A stretch of DNA of 64,000 bases from Trichoplax adhaerens (GCF_000150275.1 NW_002060953.1:1714465-1778464); one strand, 5' to 3'. Shown: positions 13,572 through 28,205, counted from the stretch's first letter. The notes: generated from the sequence alone by a model not told the origin. Program-made: numbers and translations.

Positions 13572-14928
13572 TAAGACGTATTTGGTAGCATGGACGGTAA
13601 TGGTAGATTCTATGCTATAGTACAGCTGACTATATATAGTAAGGTTTTGAGTTACTATTAAGGTTAGAGGTAAAAATAAAACTGTAATTCATATATTAGA
13701 ATATGCTTAGTTTACCTTACTTTGGCTGCTAAGAATAATATTCAGGGCAATACTGTAGTTGTTTCCACATCGGGTTAATGATGATCTGCTGTAACTTCAA
13801 CTTCTAGATTGTAATTCAAGCCTATACAAAGCTTTAATTTCCTCAGATGACTATCGATTTTCGCCCTTTCGAGGAACTTGTGCCAAATTAGCTATAGCAT
13901 TATTTAATACATAACTTTATTAATGAATCTACTATACAAATGAATCTCAATTCTAGGGATTACTAAGCCTTAGCTTAGAAAAGTGAATTAACGTCACAAT
14001 CCACATTTTACTTTTTAAAAATTCGTATAAGCTGTTATGGTAAATTGATCCACTTAATAACGTAATCATGGCCCTTTTACGCATAACGGAGGTCGGAACA
14101 ACCTTAACTTAAACAGAATTAAATGGCCAAAAAGCTTGAAATACCCTAGGATATTAATTTTTATAAACCGTGTCGTAGAATTTAAAGTCGCTTTACTGAA
14201 TTCTACCGAACAAAATCGTCATTTTGGATTAATGATATTTATGACTCGAAAAAATCCTTGTTTGGCTCTTTCTTAAACTGTAAATTCTTACGTTGCAATA
14301 TTTTACATTATTTGATTTATTTGTACTTAGCCAACTCATGCTAGAAATCATCCAAATCTAAATCTTTGAAAGAGATGGTTGGTGATATACGAGAAGTATC
14401 ATGTTTATAAGAAATAATATTAGCCAATCTATTGGAAATCTGAATCTTATACGATTAATATTAGTAAATATGATAATTCAAACCAATTATACTGGCTACA
14501 TTTTAATACATCTAATAAGTAATATAATACTTGATTTTGTATACAATGGTCTTATAAGTATTTGACGACTGTCCTAAGTTACCCTGAGTTACCAGCTTAG
14601 AGTTGCAATATGATATGATTAGGTATTTGTAATGTAACTAGTATTGTTATTGTAGACTGCTAGTCATGTTTAGTATAATGTACGGTAGATATTATCCTAA
14701 GATATATTTGGTAGCTAGAACTATAGACTGTAGTGGTAGAGACTCTATGCTAGAGTACAGATGACTATATACAGTAAGCTGTTGAGTTACTAATATAGCT
14801 ATAGGTAAAAATAGAACTGTAAATCATATATTAGGATATGGTTAATTCATTATACTTTGGCTGGTGTGAATAATATCTACGTAAGTACTGTAGTCGTATC
14901 CATATTGGATTAATGATGGTCCGCAGTA
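13572..14928. repeat. Diverged direct repeat pair of about 220-230 bp (13572-13793 and 14698-14928)
   Basis: Shared blocks such as tatttggtagc, tctatgcta..gtacag.tgactatat, aggtaaaaata.aactgtaa.tcatatattag and tactttggctg. Confidence 0.75.
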
Positions 14929-15993
14929 GAATAATCTTACTAAGAATAATTTAACTAAGTGTAAAATAAGGTAAAAGGTGCCATGCGGATTGTAGCTGCG
15001 AATGCTACGAAAAGTATAAAAGCATGCAACTTTAGATTATTCTGTTAGTTCGTTCTAGAAGTCTTTAGTAGTAGTAATCGGCTAGAGTAGAGCTGTGTGT
15101 AGTTAATCTTTGTATAAGATTCAATAAAGTCCTTATTTTTCTAAATTTTGGAATTTCGTGATTGGGATATATCACAGTATTAAACTATATTTTATATCCA
15201 TTCCAAATATCAACAATACAATTATGAGTAGATTCATTTTATTACTACAGCAGAACAGAACCAAAGGATAATATTTGTCACTCAACCAATATAAGAACGA
15301 TAGCTAGAGTATTCTTCAAGGATTTTAAGGTAGTATTATCAAATATTTGTATGGGATAAACATAAACCATTAGCGCATTAAAACTTAAAATATATTATAA
15401 TTTAGAAGTCTTAAAATTATTTTAGTGATAGTGTTATTTAATCATTACAATTTAGAAAATAAAAAATTGCAATCAAGTTCGAACTAAGGGGTAATCCTTA
15501 AAAATTAATTTACAGCCAAAAATTAAAAGTAATACGAAAATAACTAAATTTGTTTCTTGAATGTCGTCATTTTATTTTGCTCAAGCTATTTCCCGTCTGA
15601 GTAGATCTTGCTTGCAAAACTTGACGTATTGAATGATCTAATCGATTTATTACTTCGATAAAACCAATTAGAAATACTCCCGGATACAGAGTTCCTTTGA
15701 TTTTATCAGTTTCTATTCGCTGATTGATTGTCCTTGGTTCCATTATTTGCCCCGAAAGAGAAATTTTCATTGATAATTTACCTAAACTAATGAATAACAT
15801 TTAAGAATATTTAAATCTACCAAGATGATTCTGTTGGTGTACTAAAAATCAATATAATGTCAAATTTTTATTCTTAATTTACAAAAATCTACTAGCACTT
15901 AAGTGGCCGTAACTTTCTTCAAAGTATGAAACTCAACTATTGCATTACAAGGAAGCGAATGTAAGGAAGGTAATTAGAAAACTAGAAAATAAA

Positions 15994-17398
15994 TTACTTA
16001 ACACTCACGAAATCTTTCACAATATCTTTCCTGTCAATTGCAATAAGCACTTTTACTAAAGCTTCAGTGGTTGCTTCATTACCGGACATGTTATACCATT
16101 TGCTCAAGACCGCTTTTGCTCGATTGAAAACCACACTTTGCTCCTCTGCAATAACACCTACATCTATATTTTCGTTAAGCTTGCCCGCTAATCTAGTCCA
16201 GTCATTACCAATTTTGTCGGCGACAGTGTAAAAGTAGCCCTTCACATTAGCTAAAATTTCCATGAAATCATTTTGAAATAAGATTGGGTAAGATTAATTT
16301 CAATTAGATACTTTAGCGGTATTTCTAGAAGCAAGATTGAACAAATGTAGCTATCCCTTAAACTTGTCTAATTATATTATCAATCCTTATATGTCTTGAA
16401 TTTGCATGATTTCAGTGATAGAAGCTTAATACAGTAATTAATATTAAACATCGATACCAAAATCACTCAGATGTACTTGTTATCGTAATCTAACCTGACA
16501 ATGTTGATTCTACTTCCATCGGTGAGTCAACTGTATGAATAGAGATCATATTAAATTTAGATCACTTACTTGGAATTCATGTATGAACTGAACATTTTAC
16601 GTTGTATATTGCTTAAATTTATAGTAGCGCTATAACTTAATTTCCTTGAAAGAAATACTAACCAACATCTTGTCCATTAGGATCTATGATTAGTGAGATC
16701 GTTGATAGATTTTAATCCATATTTAACAAATCAGATCAGTATTAATAAATAGCTCATAGTATTTCTTTAGTAATTAGTATAATCTAGTATTATCAGGGCT
16801 ACAATAATCATTATACTTTCTATCAGTAGCTATCTCTAATATTACTTCCTTGCTTGCAAACAAGAAGGACAAGCTAGATTCAATAAATTAACTTACTTGT
16901 TCGGTGATCTTTCCGTACTAGCTTGATAGGCGTTCCTGCAATTATGAAATCAATTAGTTTAGGTATAGACCACTAATATATAAAATTGGCAATTCTAGTA
17001 ATAAATATAGATCAATTTAATTAGGAAGGGTTAGAGTTCACTTATCAATATAGCACTATTATATTATTCATGCAATAATATTCACTTCAATTGAAAGATT
17101 GTTTACCTTTAGCATCATCCTGTAGTTTAGCACCGAAAGATTTCACAACATTAACACCATTGCTTTTAAGTAAGTCACAAAACGTATAAAAATCCTCTTC
17201 TGCACGTTCTTCCATTAAGATTTCTAATAGCCTTCCATTCATATCTTCTGTGTGGGTTAAAGCTTTGATATCCGTCACTTGTCTTGTACTCAATATCTTT
17301 TTCATTTTGAGCCTAGTAAACAATTCTTGGATAGGAACAATTTTAAGGAATTGATCACTATTTTTATCCAATGCAGCCTGAATGTCTGGATTGTCCAT
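15994..17398 (-). CDS. CARD-Death domain two-domain adaptor (RAIDD/CRADD-like architecture)
   Basis: CARD exon 17398-17107 (MDNPDIQAALDKNSDQF...). Phase-1 linker micro-exons at 16935-16897, 16683-16663 and 16530-16495. DD exon 16250-15994 (YFYTVADKIGNDWTRLAGKL...LSKWYNMSGNEATTEALVKVLIAIDRKDIV). The 3' end is uncertain: an alternative donor gtgagt lies at 16008. Confidence 0.8.
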
Positions 17399-17584
17399 GC
17401 TGGATCTATAACGATTACGTTTACTCCACGAAATTTTATCTGAGGTGAATGAAATAGAATTATTAACCACGATCAATATCAGTATGTCGAAAGCAAGATA
17501 AAGTTCTACATCTTTTCACTTTATTTTAAACGATAGAATCTTGACTTACTTAACTATTATTCGTTTCATTAGAGAATATGATCA

Positions 17585-18120
17585 GATAAACTAGGGTTAA
17601 CTAAGTTGCTAACGCCATTCTTATTTTGTTTTGTGCAACAGGTTAATGATTCACTGCGATGCTTATGATGATGCCTAACATTGATTTTTATTTTAAATCA
17701 TTGAATCTTTATTTAATAAATGACTATTTGTTACTTTGAAATAATTTGATTCGATAAATTAGGGTATGATAAGTTACTAATGCTGTTGTTACTTCTCCTT
17801 GTACAACAGATTAATTTTTCGCTTCGATGCTTATTGGGCACTTACTTTACTTTAAACCACTGAATCTTTATTTATTAACTTAAACAATTGCATATTGCAA
17901 TGAGAAGGTTACTCGATAAATTACGGTACTATAAGTTACTGATGAAGTTCTTGTATCTTTTTACGTTATTGCAAATCAATGAATCTTGATTTAATTAACG
18001 GCCATCCCCACTATTACGAATGTGATTAGATAAACTAAGGTAAACTCTGCTGTTAATGTAGTTCTTACTTCTCTTTGCAATATAGATTGATGGTTCATTT
18101 CAATGCCTAAAACGATAGCC
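17585..18120. repeat. Degenerate tandem repeat (about 115-170 bp units, about 4 copies) upstream of the CARD exon
   Basis: A gataaa(c/t)ta..gt start recurs at about 17585, 17753, 17915 and 18029; the first three units also carry taagtt.ct and a tgaatctt..tt block. Confidence 0.6.
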
Positions 18121-18464
18121 ATTATCATACTCATCGTAGTTAAACGTTGACTAAACATGCAGAAGATTAGCTTGAATATTTCCTAAAGGTTCATCATGCA
18201 TCTTTCATAACTAGAATGATCATCGAGTAACGAAAAATATAATTTTGATCGAAATGCTTGCACTGCATTCAAGCAATAATCCAACCGAAAGTAAGCATAA
18301 AATTAGATCACTTCCAAAATTAGTTTACTAGCCCACCGAACCGCTAAAAAGGCATGACCATTTATGAAAGCCTTTCTAGCCCAACGAGAACATCTTTGGT
18401 GATTGATTAGGATGAGTTCATGTTAGAAACAAGAAATAAAATCGCAATTCTGAATGATACTTAC

Positions 18465-18632
18465 TGAATGCAAATCTCGATATCTCTTCCGGTTTGGCAA
18501 CAAGATCAATGTGCGTCTTGCATCCACTGCTATTTTTAATGGAGTTTGCGTAGTCTTTATTAACGATGGCTTCCAGAGGCCTTTTTGACGCGATAAAATG
18601 TCCTCTCTACTCTTTTTATAGCTAGTTACTAC
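18465..18632 (-). other. Probable non-coding 5' exon of the CARD-DD gene
   Basis: Acceptor atacag (18633-18634) and donor gtaagt (18464); partial similarity to 1563-1714. Confidence 0.45.
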
Positions 18633-20360
18633 CTGTATGAAGCAATAGAGTAATGGAAACAAATGATTATTGAATAGAGATGAAGGAGGATCTGCTCATA
18701 AATTATTCATGAAGGATTGACATAAGCAAGGGTGGTATAAACTTTCTATAGATTATTGATTCGCTGGACTAAAAAAAAGTTCAGGTAGATCTTTATTCAA
18801 AGGCTAAGCAAAGAATTTCTTAGATACTTCACCTATCAATGCTAAAATTCTGGTGGATTCGATGATATTGCCTTCGAATGTGTAATATTGAAAACTGAAT
18901 TTTGTAATGCTTATAACTACAGTAGATCTTAAAAGGCATGCTTATTCAAATATTATAATTTATGTACTGAAAATGCTCGTTCGCACTTTGCTAATTAAAA
19001 TTTGAGCAAAGCATTTATGAAATTCGATCAGAACTCTTCCGTTACCTCTCATCTGCTATCTGAGAATCTGTTGTAACTGAGTTAGGCTCGGTAATTATTT
19101 CTTCTTAACATTTATCTAGAAAAAGCTAGTTTCATTCAATGAATAAACAGCCGTCACTAAACTATTTATTCCTTCTATTCCATAATTATGCTGCATAATA
19201 ATTCTTACAGTTTCCCGTATAATAACAGTTTGGTCTAATAGTAATATTTAAAGTACTCAATCTTAATAATCAATAAGTTTTTAAGCTAAGATTGTCTATC
19301 TTAAAATATCCCACTTCTGTTAAAATGGTAATTTAGCATGGACAGTATCTTTACGATCCTTGAATGTTATGGAATAAATTCAAGTTAACCGAATAATTTA
19401 CGGATAATCAAATAAAGAAATAGCTCTGGTTTGACTATGAAGTCTCTCTATTTTTTAAAAGTTAAAATTTAAATTTATAAGTGTGACAATATATATATAT
19501 TGTACGTTGTCGTAGGCAATATAATATATATTATCGGCATCGTAAGCTAACAAACTGAGGGGTACGAAAGTACAACAGAAGTATTACACAACTATTCTAT
19601 TTGATGTTATTCCCATAAAATAATTGTCTCAGGTAGAGAGAATTTTTTAATGGCTTTTTTAGTAGAGTTTAAAAATATTAAAGCCATAATCAATTAGAAG
19701 AAAAATCTAGTTTAAAGAATCCTGAGCTCAGAAAAAGTAAAGCCTGGTCTCCAAGTACATCTTTGCAGTCTTAAATCCATGTTGTTAAATCTATTTGCGG
19801 AAAAAAGTTACCTACAATCAGACTTGAGCTATCAAACATAGGACGTCTCCTCAAACGGATGATCAATCTGTTTCATAGTGTGAATCAACTAGCTTAAAAT
19901 ATCATTTACTCTTCTATTAATGTACAACACTATAAAGGTACAGGGCATCTTCGCCGTGACAGTACATTAATTTATATCGATTTATTTACCATACTTAGAG
20001 AACTGGTTAATGTTGGTAATTAACAAGTTCTAATGCAGTAATTAAAAATTAGTTAATATTAGCATCACGATAATATCTATTTTTAGAAATCTAATATTAT
20101 CAAATGTAACTATTAATAATGCAATCAAATATGGAATGTATTACTATAGAAAGTTTTGAGACAAAGTCTTCTAAGTGTTAGGTTAGTGGTGTGTGATAGC
20201 TACATCTAAATTAATTAGTTTGTTTGATATAGTGCGCTTTATTATACTGTCACCAACTTTTATGAAAAGATCATGGACGCGACCTTTGTTAACGACATAT
20301 TTTATGATTAAAAGAATTATAGCAGGGGAAGAAGTCAGAGTTATCTAAGTGCCTTGCTAC

Positions 20361-21457
20361 TGTAGAAAAGGACTAAAAGTAGAGTCCTTTATACCTTTAA
20401 AATGTAACTAGTATTATTTTACTGTAGAAAATACCTAGACAGTGATAGTGTCCTTAAGTTTTACCCTGCCAAATCATCATGTCGCCATCTTTTCTTCTTC
20501 ATTATTTTACAATAGATTACTATAGTAATAGCCCAAAGTAATCGCCTAATCTAAAGTAAGGGCATTTGATAGCCTATTCAAATTGTAAATGAATTTGACA
20601 TAGTAACAAAACCCCATCCACAGAGAAAGGGGATTAATAACATGACGGTAAAGTACTGTAATAATGTAGTCTATAATCGTACAGTTACCGTACAACTTGA
20701 CGTTAAAACATCAACTGTTAATTCTAAGCGATACTAATGTCAGAAAAGTAGTCGTAGCAGTCACATAAAATTTCTTGATAAGCGATTACTATGATCTGTA
20801 TCATGTCCGGATTTTTGGGATTCGGATTCCGGAACCGGTCGGATTTATGTCCGATATAATTTTTCTGTATTAATTTATCTGTTATAATTTTTCTGTATTA
20901 ATTTATCTGTTTTAATTTTTTGTTTTAATTTTAGGATTTAGTTTACAGAATCCGAAAACTATATCGGACACAAATCCGGAAAAATTCGCTTTTTATGAAG
21001 ATCACAGTAATCGCTTATCAAAAAAAATTTATATGACTACTACGACTACTTTTCTGACATTAATATCGCTTAGTATTCGCGAGTATTGACAGTTGATGTT
21101 TTAGCGTCAGATTGTACTGTAACTGTACGAGTATAGACTACATTACAGTACTTTATCGTCATGTTATAAATCCCCTTTCTCCAAGGATAGGGTTTTGCTA
21201 CTAAGTCAAATTTCTTTACAATTTGAATAGACGATCAAACGCCCTTTCTTTAGATTAGGCATTTGCTCTATAGGGCTACTTCTATAGTAATCTATATAAT
21301 ACCTTGCAAAATAATGAAGAAGAAAAGATGGCGACATGATGATTTGGCAGGGGAAAACTTAAAGACACTATCACTTTCTAGGTATTTTCTATAGTAAAAT
21401 AATACTAATTACATACTAAAAACTACAAAGGACTCTACTTTTAGTCCTTTTACTACA
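20361..21457. mobile_element. About 1.1-kb foldback/palindromic element with long inverted arms, TGTAG...CTACA ends
   Basis: 20361-20797 is the diverged reverse complement of 20999-21457, with further inner pairing. A single-arm copy lies at 60504-61071. No ORF and no clear TSD. Confidence 0.85.
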
Positions 21458-21469
21458 CTGGTAATGGTG

Positions 21470-23660
21470 CAACAACCCGATCCTTTGGAAAGTAATTTTT
21501 ATATCTGCCAATTAACCATAATTGTAGCAGTGCTAATCTAATAATTAAATAAAACTTTATTTATGACTTTACATAGATAATAAATTGAAATTTCTTAGAT
21601 TCATATGAATTAGCGATAAATTCATGCAATAAATTTAACACATTTCATTGGATATTATTAATAGTGAAATCGTATACAATAACTCCCGATCGATTTATTA
21701 TTAAAAACAAATATAATCAGCAAGTTTTTCTAGGTATAGAAGGTAAATAGCTAGATCTTAATCTAATATATATTATAAAGCTGTTGATAAAGTGAACAAT
21801 CCTTTTGATTGCTACCGTAATCATGAAAGAAAATCTAATTACTGAAAGTAATTATTAATTTTCCAAATTTATAACAATTTATAGAGGGTGAACCTAGGCA
21901 AGCATTAGAATTTTTTAAGCCTATAACGTTGAGGGCTTATGATGGAATCGGGCGGGAAGTATTTAAAGTCCATCGTGGTCCATTACCAGCACACTTATGT
22001 TGTTATTGCTTGTCAACATCTGCGCGTATGCGGATGCAACTTACCTTCGAATCGCCATCCGGTACTCCGCTCTATTTACTTCGGCCGTAAGTAGTAAAGC
22101 CAAATTCTAACCCTTCCTAATATTTGTATTTCTACTTCTGCATGATATGTTATGAATAATCTCCGCTAACATCGAACTAAGTATAAAACTTAACTAAACA
22201 GGAGATAGCGAGACTTCTTGTCATGAATCATAAGTACTTATTAAGTAATTTAAAAATTCTGTTCTTGTACGTAACGTTCGAACTAGCTATAACGCTCATT
22301 ACTTATAACCGACATGAATGAAAAAAATTATTTAAAAGTTATATATAAAGATAAAGGGAATGTCTTCGTGAAGCCCCCTCCTACGGAAGCTTATTTTGAG
22401 GCAAGACAAATAATAATGATCGCTCATCTTTGCTGCAAACATACGCACACACTCCAATAAAAACTTAAACTTATTTAATTCTTTAGCGTATCTAACGTAT
22501 TTAGGTCACCATTAGATGAAAATCATCAATTTAGATAGGAATTTTAATCCAAGTTAATAATTTTGTTAACTTTATTCCATTGATATTCCATAGATATTCG
22601 ATTGCATAAAGAATACTAAAATTGGTATGATGACGAAAGAGTGGTTTGGTTATGAAGCCTTGTCTCATGAGCATAATCTTGAAATTAATTGTAAGTTGCT
22701 TACAACAAGTAATTCTTTGTATGACAATAAATTGAATTCTGAGATATAAAATTAGAAATTAACTGTAAGCAGCTTTCAACAAGTGATTCCTTGTATAACA
22801 ATAAATTGAATTCTGAGATATCAATATTACATCTGTAACACATTTAAATGTTATGTTCAGTTAATCAAATGAGATAGACAATTGAGGAGTCAATCAATTT
22901 TATAGCAATTAGTGCCGGGAACATGATTAGTTGTGAAAGACACGAGTGCATGTAGAAAGATTGCAATAGAACTGAATTCTTAACAGTCGATGATACTGCT
23001 TATATAGCTTCAAAGCTACAGTATTAAAAATATACTATACAAGGAATGGCAATACAAGTAAAAGGATTAATGTACCATAACAGAAAATGTTTGATATACC
23101 ATACGCTACTTCTCAGTTAAGGCGAAGTGAACGTTAGCGAAAGCTAATACTAAAATGCTATATTTACCGATTAAGCGAGGAATATTGTATCTATTTTTTA
23201 AGTTAGAGTTGCTAATCGTGTAATTTTCAACTGGTAAAACCTCTGATAGCATGAATTCAATTATTATATATCAAAACCATAAATAAATTACAATATTTTA
23301 GTTCCTATCGACTTGGCCCCAGTACTGAAAGCTTGTATTATTGCAATTGGCATGCTTTATGCAAGTTTGTAATATTTAATACCCCAGTCAGTACTGCAAT
23401 AACGATTTTTTAATATCATTACTAAATTATTCGGAACAAGACCCAGTTAAGCAGAGTAATTATTTTCTATAGAAGTCCTAATATTCCCGTCTCACTATAA
23501 ATATTGATTTAAGAGTCTTCATAGAATTGCTAGAATTTAAGTGATAGATTATATCATTCTTTACCTTTTTGTCATTTTCTTTTAGGATATTTATTATTTT
23601 GATTGCGTGTCCGAACACCGAAACCGTATAGTAGCACGTAAATTGGGTAAGAAAATTTAA
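21470..23660 (+). pseudogene. Phospholipid scramblase paralog A, 5'-truncated and frameshifted
   Basis: Exon remnants QQPDPLE, RFIIKNKYNQQVFLGIE, FESPSGTPLYLL, IGMMTKEWFGYEALSHEHNLEIN, LAPVLKACIIAIGMLY and DIYYFD. 1-nt deletions near 21878 and 22302; starts just after the foldback element. Confidence 0.8.
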
Positions 23661-25858
23661 ATTCGGTTCATTATAATTATAATTATCAAAGGTCGTTAGG
23701 AAGTATCACGATATATATCAATGTCTGCAATTTCTAGTTTGGGCCATATAATGAGAATCTATTTTACTTAATAGACATAAAGTATAAATAGTTGCTTAAC
23801 GATATCTTTCATAATAATAGAACCAAGATAAAATTTCGAATAATAATCTATTTTTGTAAAGCAATTCAAGTGCCAGGGTTAGTAAAAAAATAATGACTGT
23901 AATCCTAGAATCAATTTTTAATTGCTGCTATGCTTTGTAGTTTATGGTTTGTGCCTGTGAATAAATATTGCGTAGAGAATTTATCTAAACTGGTACGGCA
24001 TCTTCTCATGCGATAGTTTATCTGCAATAAAATCAAGAAAATTTAACATAAATAAATGAATAAGTAAAATAGCAATACTGTTTCAAACGATATACACATA
24101 CAACAGAATGATTTGTAAATCAGGGAGACATATCTTGTAAAGCCCAAAAAAATGTAAATATGACGTACTAGATGATCTATTTAATCCAGGTAGCACTCTC
24201 TATATGACATTATTTTTAATATTTGTACAGTATATGTAGCTAGCGTAGCATAGCCATTGAAATAAAATGTAAAATTCCATTTTATGCTTTGTTATTTCAG
24301 ACTATCAGTTTTCTTTGCTCTACATTATTTCTTTCTTTAAACCTACGCTCTAAACTAAATTGCTTTCTATTTTCTACGTTACACAATATTCAGTATTTAT
24401 TTCCGATTGTCTTAGTGAAATAAACGTTTATACACCATAAGCAAGAACTTAGTTAAGTAGAATAGCGATAAGAATATGGTAAATGTTACGATAAATTGCA
24501 GTATTTACAGCCAACCAATTTAAATAGACTAAGTAAAATACAACGACGATATAAAGGGTTAGTTGTAATAATTAATTAACGCAAAATTCTTTGATACTGA
24601 AGTAATGATGAGTATCATTCTGTACCTTAATATATTAGTAAGACTTTACTGTTCTCTGTTCATTATCACTACATGGTAGAAGGGGATAAGTGATGCTGGA
24701 GGTCGGTTAAGAAAATATTAGTTAAAAAGGAACTTTAGTGCAGTGTATGAATGGAACTTTAGTTAGAGTACCTAAAACAATCATTAAATACTGCTTATAG
24801 ACCGCCAGATCTAGGCATTTACTGACTCATAAATCATGTAAAAACAAGATTTCAAACAAAATAAACGCATTGTAGTTGACTAAATATTGTACAGAATCAT
24901 CAAATGATCATTTCTACAAGGGATTAGGCTAACTCGAACAAAAAATTCATTTAGCTCTTAGATATACTGTATTATATATACATGGCATAATTCTGCAATA
25001 TTAAGAATTAGGTTGTAGTTTTCGCAATTGTTCATTGCTACTGGAACCCAACATGAATAGCTGCTGGGATGCTAATGCCCTGTTAGCCCATCTTTCTGAT
25101 AGCGTGTGAATTCAAACAATTTCAGTCAGTTCGGTTCAGTCCTGTATTGAAAAATACTCTTTACAGATCATTTCTTCTACAGAGTACAGTACAAGTAAAA
25201 AATTTTCGATCATTCTTGTCTCCCTATTGGATAAAAATTAGCCAAAACAAAATTTTACTCAATCGTCACTCTGCTTCCATTAAGGAATAAGTAATTTTCT
25301 TTTAATAATTTCTCCACCTGTATCAACATAAAACTCATTCCACATATTGGAAAATGGGTTATAATAAGTAGGAAGATTCATAGATGTCTTTTAATTTTAA
25401 TTTGAAGATTTCACTGGACTTGTTCTTGATATCGATTGCACTCTACTTATACTGTTCGTAGAACACCTTATAGAACTTAATATTCGATTTAGATTTTGCT
25501 TAAATGATGGAACTTGTACAAGCAGCGACAAGTCTCAGATATTACCATATCACCGATTAAGGTTATTAGTAAGATGATTAGTTGCTATACTGTATATTAT
25601 ATCTTTTTTAACTTATTCGACCCGAATTCTGTCTCAAATAACACTAATCTACTAAAGATTCTTCTGTAGTTTACGCCGTTCTACAGCCTATAGGGCTTCG
25701 ATGATTTAAAACACTAAAGCCATGAGAAATCGTCACTTTAATTTCCATGATTAAATTAACATCAGCCAAAAAGAAAAGTATTTATTGTAGTAACGTAAGG
25801 GTAATTAAGATACTTATAGTGAATAGATTTTATAATAATCATTGTGTTTGTAGAAAAC

Positions 25859-26015
25859 TAGCTGCTGTCACATACCATGTCTTGCCAAGGATCCACACTT
25901 ATGAATCATCTTACAACAGCATTTATGACTATTACTTAGCTGCTGTCACATATCATGCCTTACCAAGGATACACACTTATGAATCATCTTACAACAGCAT
26001 TTATGACTATTACTT
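25859..26015. repeat. 78-bp tandem duplication (diverged counterpart at about 29836-29985)
   Basis: tagctgctgtcacata... begins at 25859 and again at 25937. Confidence 0.9.
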
Positions 26016-26563
26016 ATGCATTAACGGTCCATATTGAAATACATTTTACAGTAATGGTAAAGATAATGCAACGTAATATGCAAGAATGTACACGTAGAAA
26101 CACACTGATGTAATTAAAATTTATTTTGAAGAAATGTATCATAATGAGTTAATGTAAGGTAACTAAATAGATGGCTAGAAGAAAGAATGGTAATTGTTGT
26201 GTTGATACATTGCCAGTTCGCAATTTAATAAAATTATATTTATCGGAATAAAACCGATTTGTATTTCTTTGAATGAATAGATTTTAAGTAATTTAAGGCC
26301 CTATTTATATAATTTTCAAAACAGTATGCTTAATAAACCCTTATGTAGTAGAAAGTACATCTCTGTCGTTTATAACTTAAGGCAATATAGATCTTAACAT
26401 ATTATGTATTTGCTATCGCGCAAAGTGTTAGGTTTGCATTTATTAATTATCAAAGATTGCCATTTAATACTCGCTAATTCATACATAGGTAATAATTATT
26501 TCTTTAAGTAACACCGAAACAGAGTAATAAGCCAATTATTACATTAGCCAGCTAAAGATATTG

Positions 26564-28205
26564 ATGGCAGAAGCTTCTTTAACAGAATAGCCACAACCTT
26601 GTGGAAATAATTTATTACTGGTTGGAAGCAAGCAATCCCCGTCGGGTTCAGAAACTCTCCTACAGTAACCAGTATATGAAGTGCGATATCGCGATCATCA
26701 TACCCAGTTATTATTCCCGTAACTCATCAACCAGGTATTAGAAAACGCATAGCTTACAATCCAGCCATTACTTCAGTTTTTTATCATACAATGATCTACC
26801 ATTATTGATGCTAAAGGATCGGAGCCTACAAATACTGTTTCATGGATGCCTCCAGCTCAACAGACACAGGATAGTCCACCTGGACTAGAATATTTAATAA
26901 ATCTTGATAAAGTCCTAATAAAACAATAACCCGATCTTTTATAAAGTAATTTTTCTATATGTTAATACAGAAATATCTATACAGTGATAATCTGATAAAG
27001 AATTGAAATTTTGTAACAGCTATAAGAAAATGTTGTAGCAAAATGTAGTACATTAAAACTTTAGAGATAGCAATAAATAGCTATGAATTAAACAATTTTT
27101 ACGGAATGTTTTTAACAGTGAAATCTTACACGATAACGCCCGATCGATTCATTATAAAGAATAAATATGATCAGCAAGTTTTTCTAGGCGTAGAAGGTAA
27201 GGCAATAGCTTTTTTTTAACTATGTATATTACTGATAGATAAGATAGTGAACTAAAACATCATTTTGGATCATAATCAAAAATATATAATACTTATATAA
27301 CGTTATTTCGCTCTAGTAAATTGCTTAATCCTGATCGTGATTCTGACCGTCTGAAATTTTATATTTTAAGTAATTGATTATCGTTTAGAAATGCATTCTA
27401 TTATCTACTATTTTTCTGAATTTCACAACAATTTTTAGAGGGCGAACCTCGGAAAACATTAGATATTTACAGGCTAATTAATTTGACGGCTTATGGCCGA
27501 ATCGAACGAGAAGCATTTAAAGTCTATCATGGATCTCTACCAGTATACACGCTTTGTTTATATAGCGAATCAAGTTCTGTAAAGATTCGGCTTACTTTCG
27601 AATCAGCATCGGGCACTCTACTCTATTATCTATGGCCATAGGTAATAAAATTACAATTTACTTTAATATTTGCCATTTTTCTTCTGCTTAGTCTATAAAT
27701 TATGCTGTTAGAAATCAGAATATAAAAGTGAAAGTTAGTAAATAAAAAAAGGCATACAAGGCTTATTGTCATCAACTCTCCTAGTTTACGTCTATGTTTA
27801 TCTTAAAATTTTGTTCCACTTAGCCTGAAATCTAAGAACAGGTTTTAAAGGTCATTACTATATGACTGACATAAACGGAAAATATTACGTAAAGGTTATA
27901 AGTAAAATCAAAAGGAAGCAGTTCTTAGAACCTCCACCTACAGAACTTAATTTTGATATAAGAGAAAGACGACGAATAGCTACTTTAACAGCTGATATAA
28001 ACATCAGCTGTGTAAGTCGGATTACAACCTCAATCCATTTTAATCTATTTCGTATCTAATTCATCTGGGTCTCAATTTGTTATGTATTAATTGTCATTTT
28101 AAGTCAGATTTAATTGCAATTTATTTCGCGAATCTTACTAACATAATTGCAATCGACTTAGCCCCAGAACTGAAAGCTTGCATCATTGCATTGGGCATGC
28201 TGTAT
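26564..28205 (+). pseudogene. Phospholipid scramblase paralog B
   Basis: Homologous to copy C. In-frame TAA at 26927, frameshift near 27435, lost donor near 27958, and the exon-6 region is deleted. Confidence 0.85.

Noticed and set aside
15567-15800. 77-aa ORF as a further exon of the CARD-DD gene
   Set aside because: Its acceptor needs phase 1, but the candidate donors at the DD end are phase 0 or 2; no recognisable domain.
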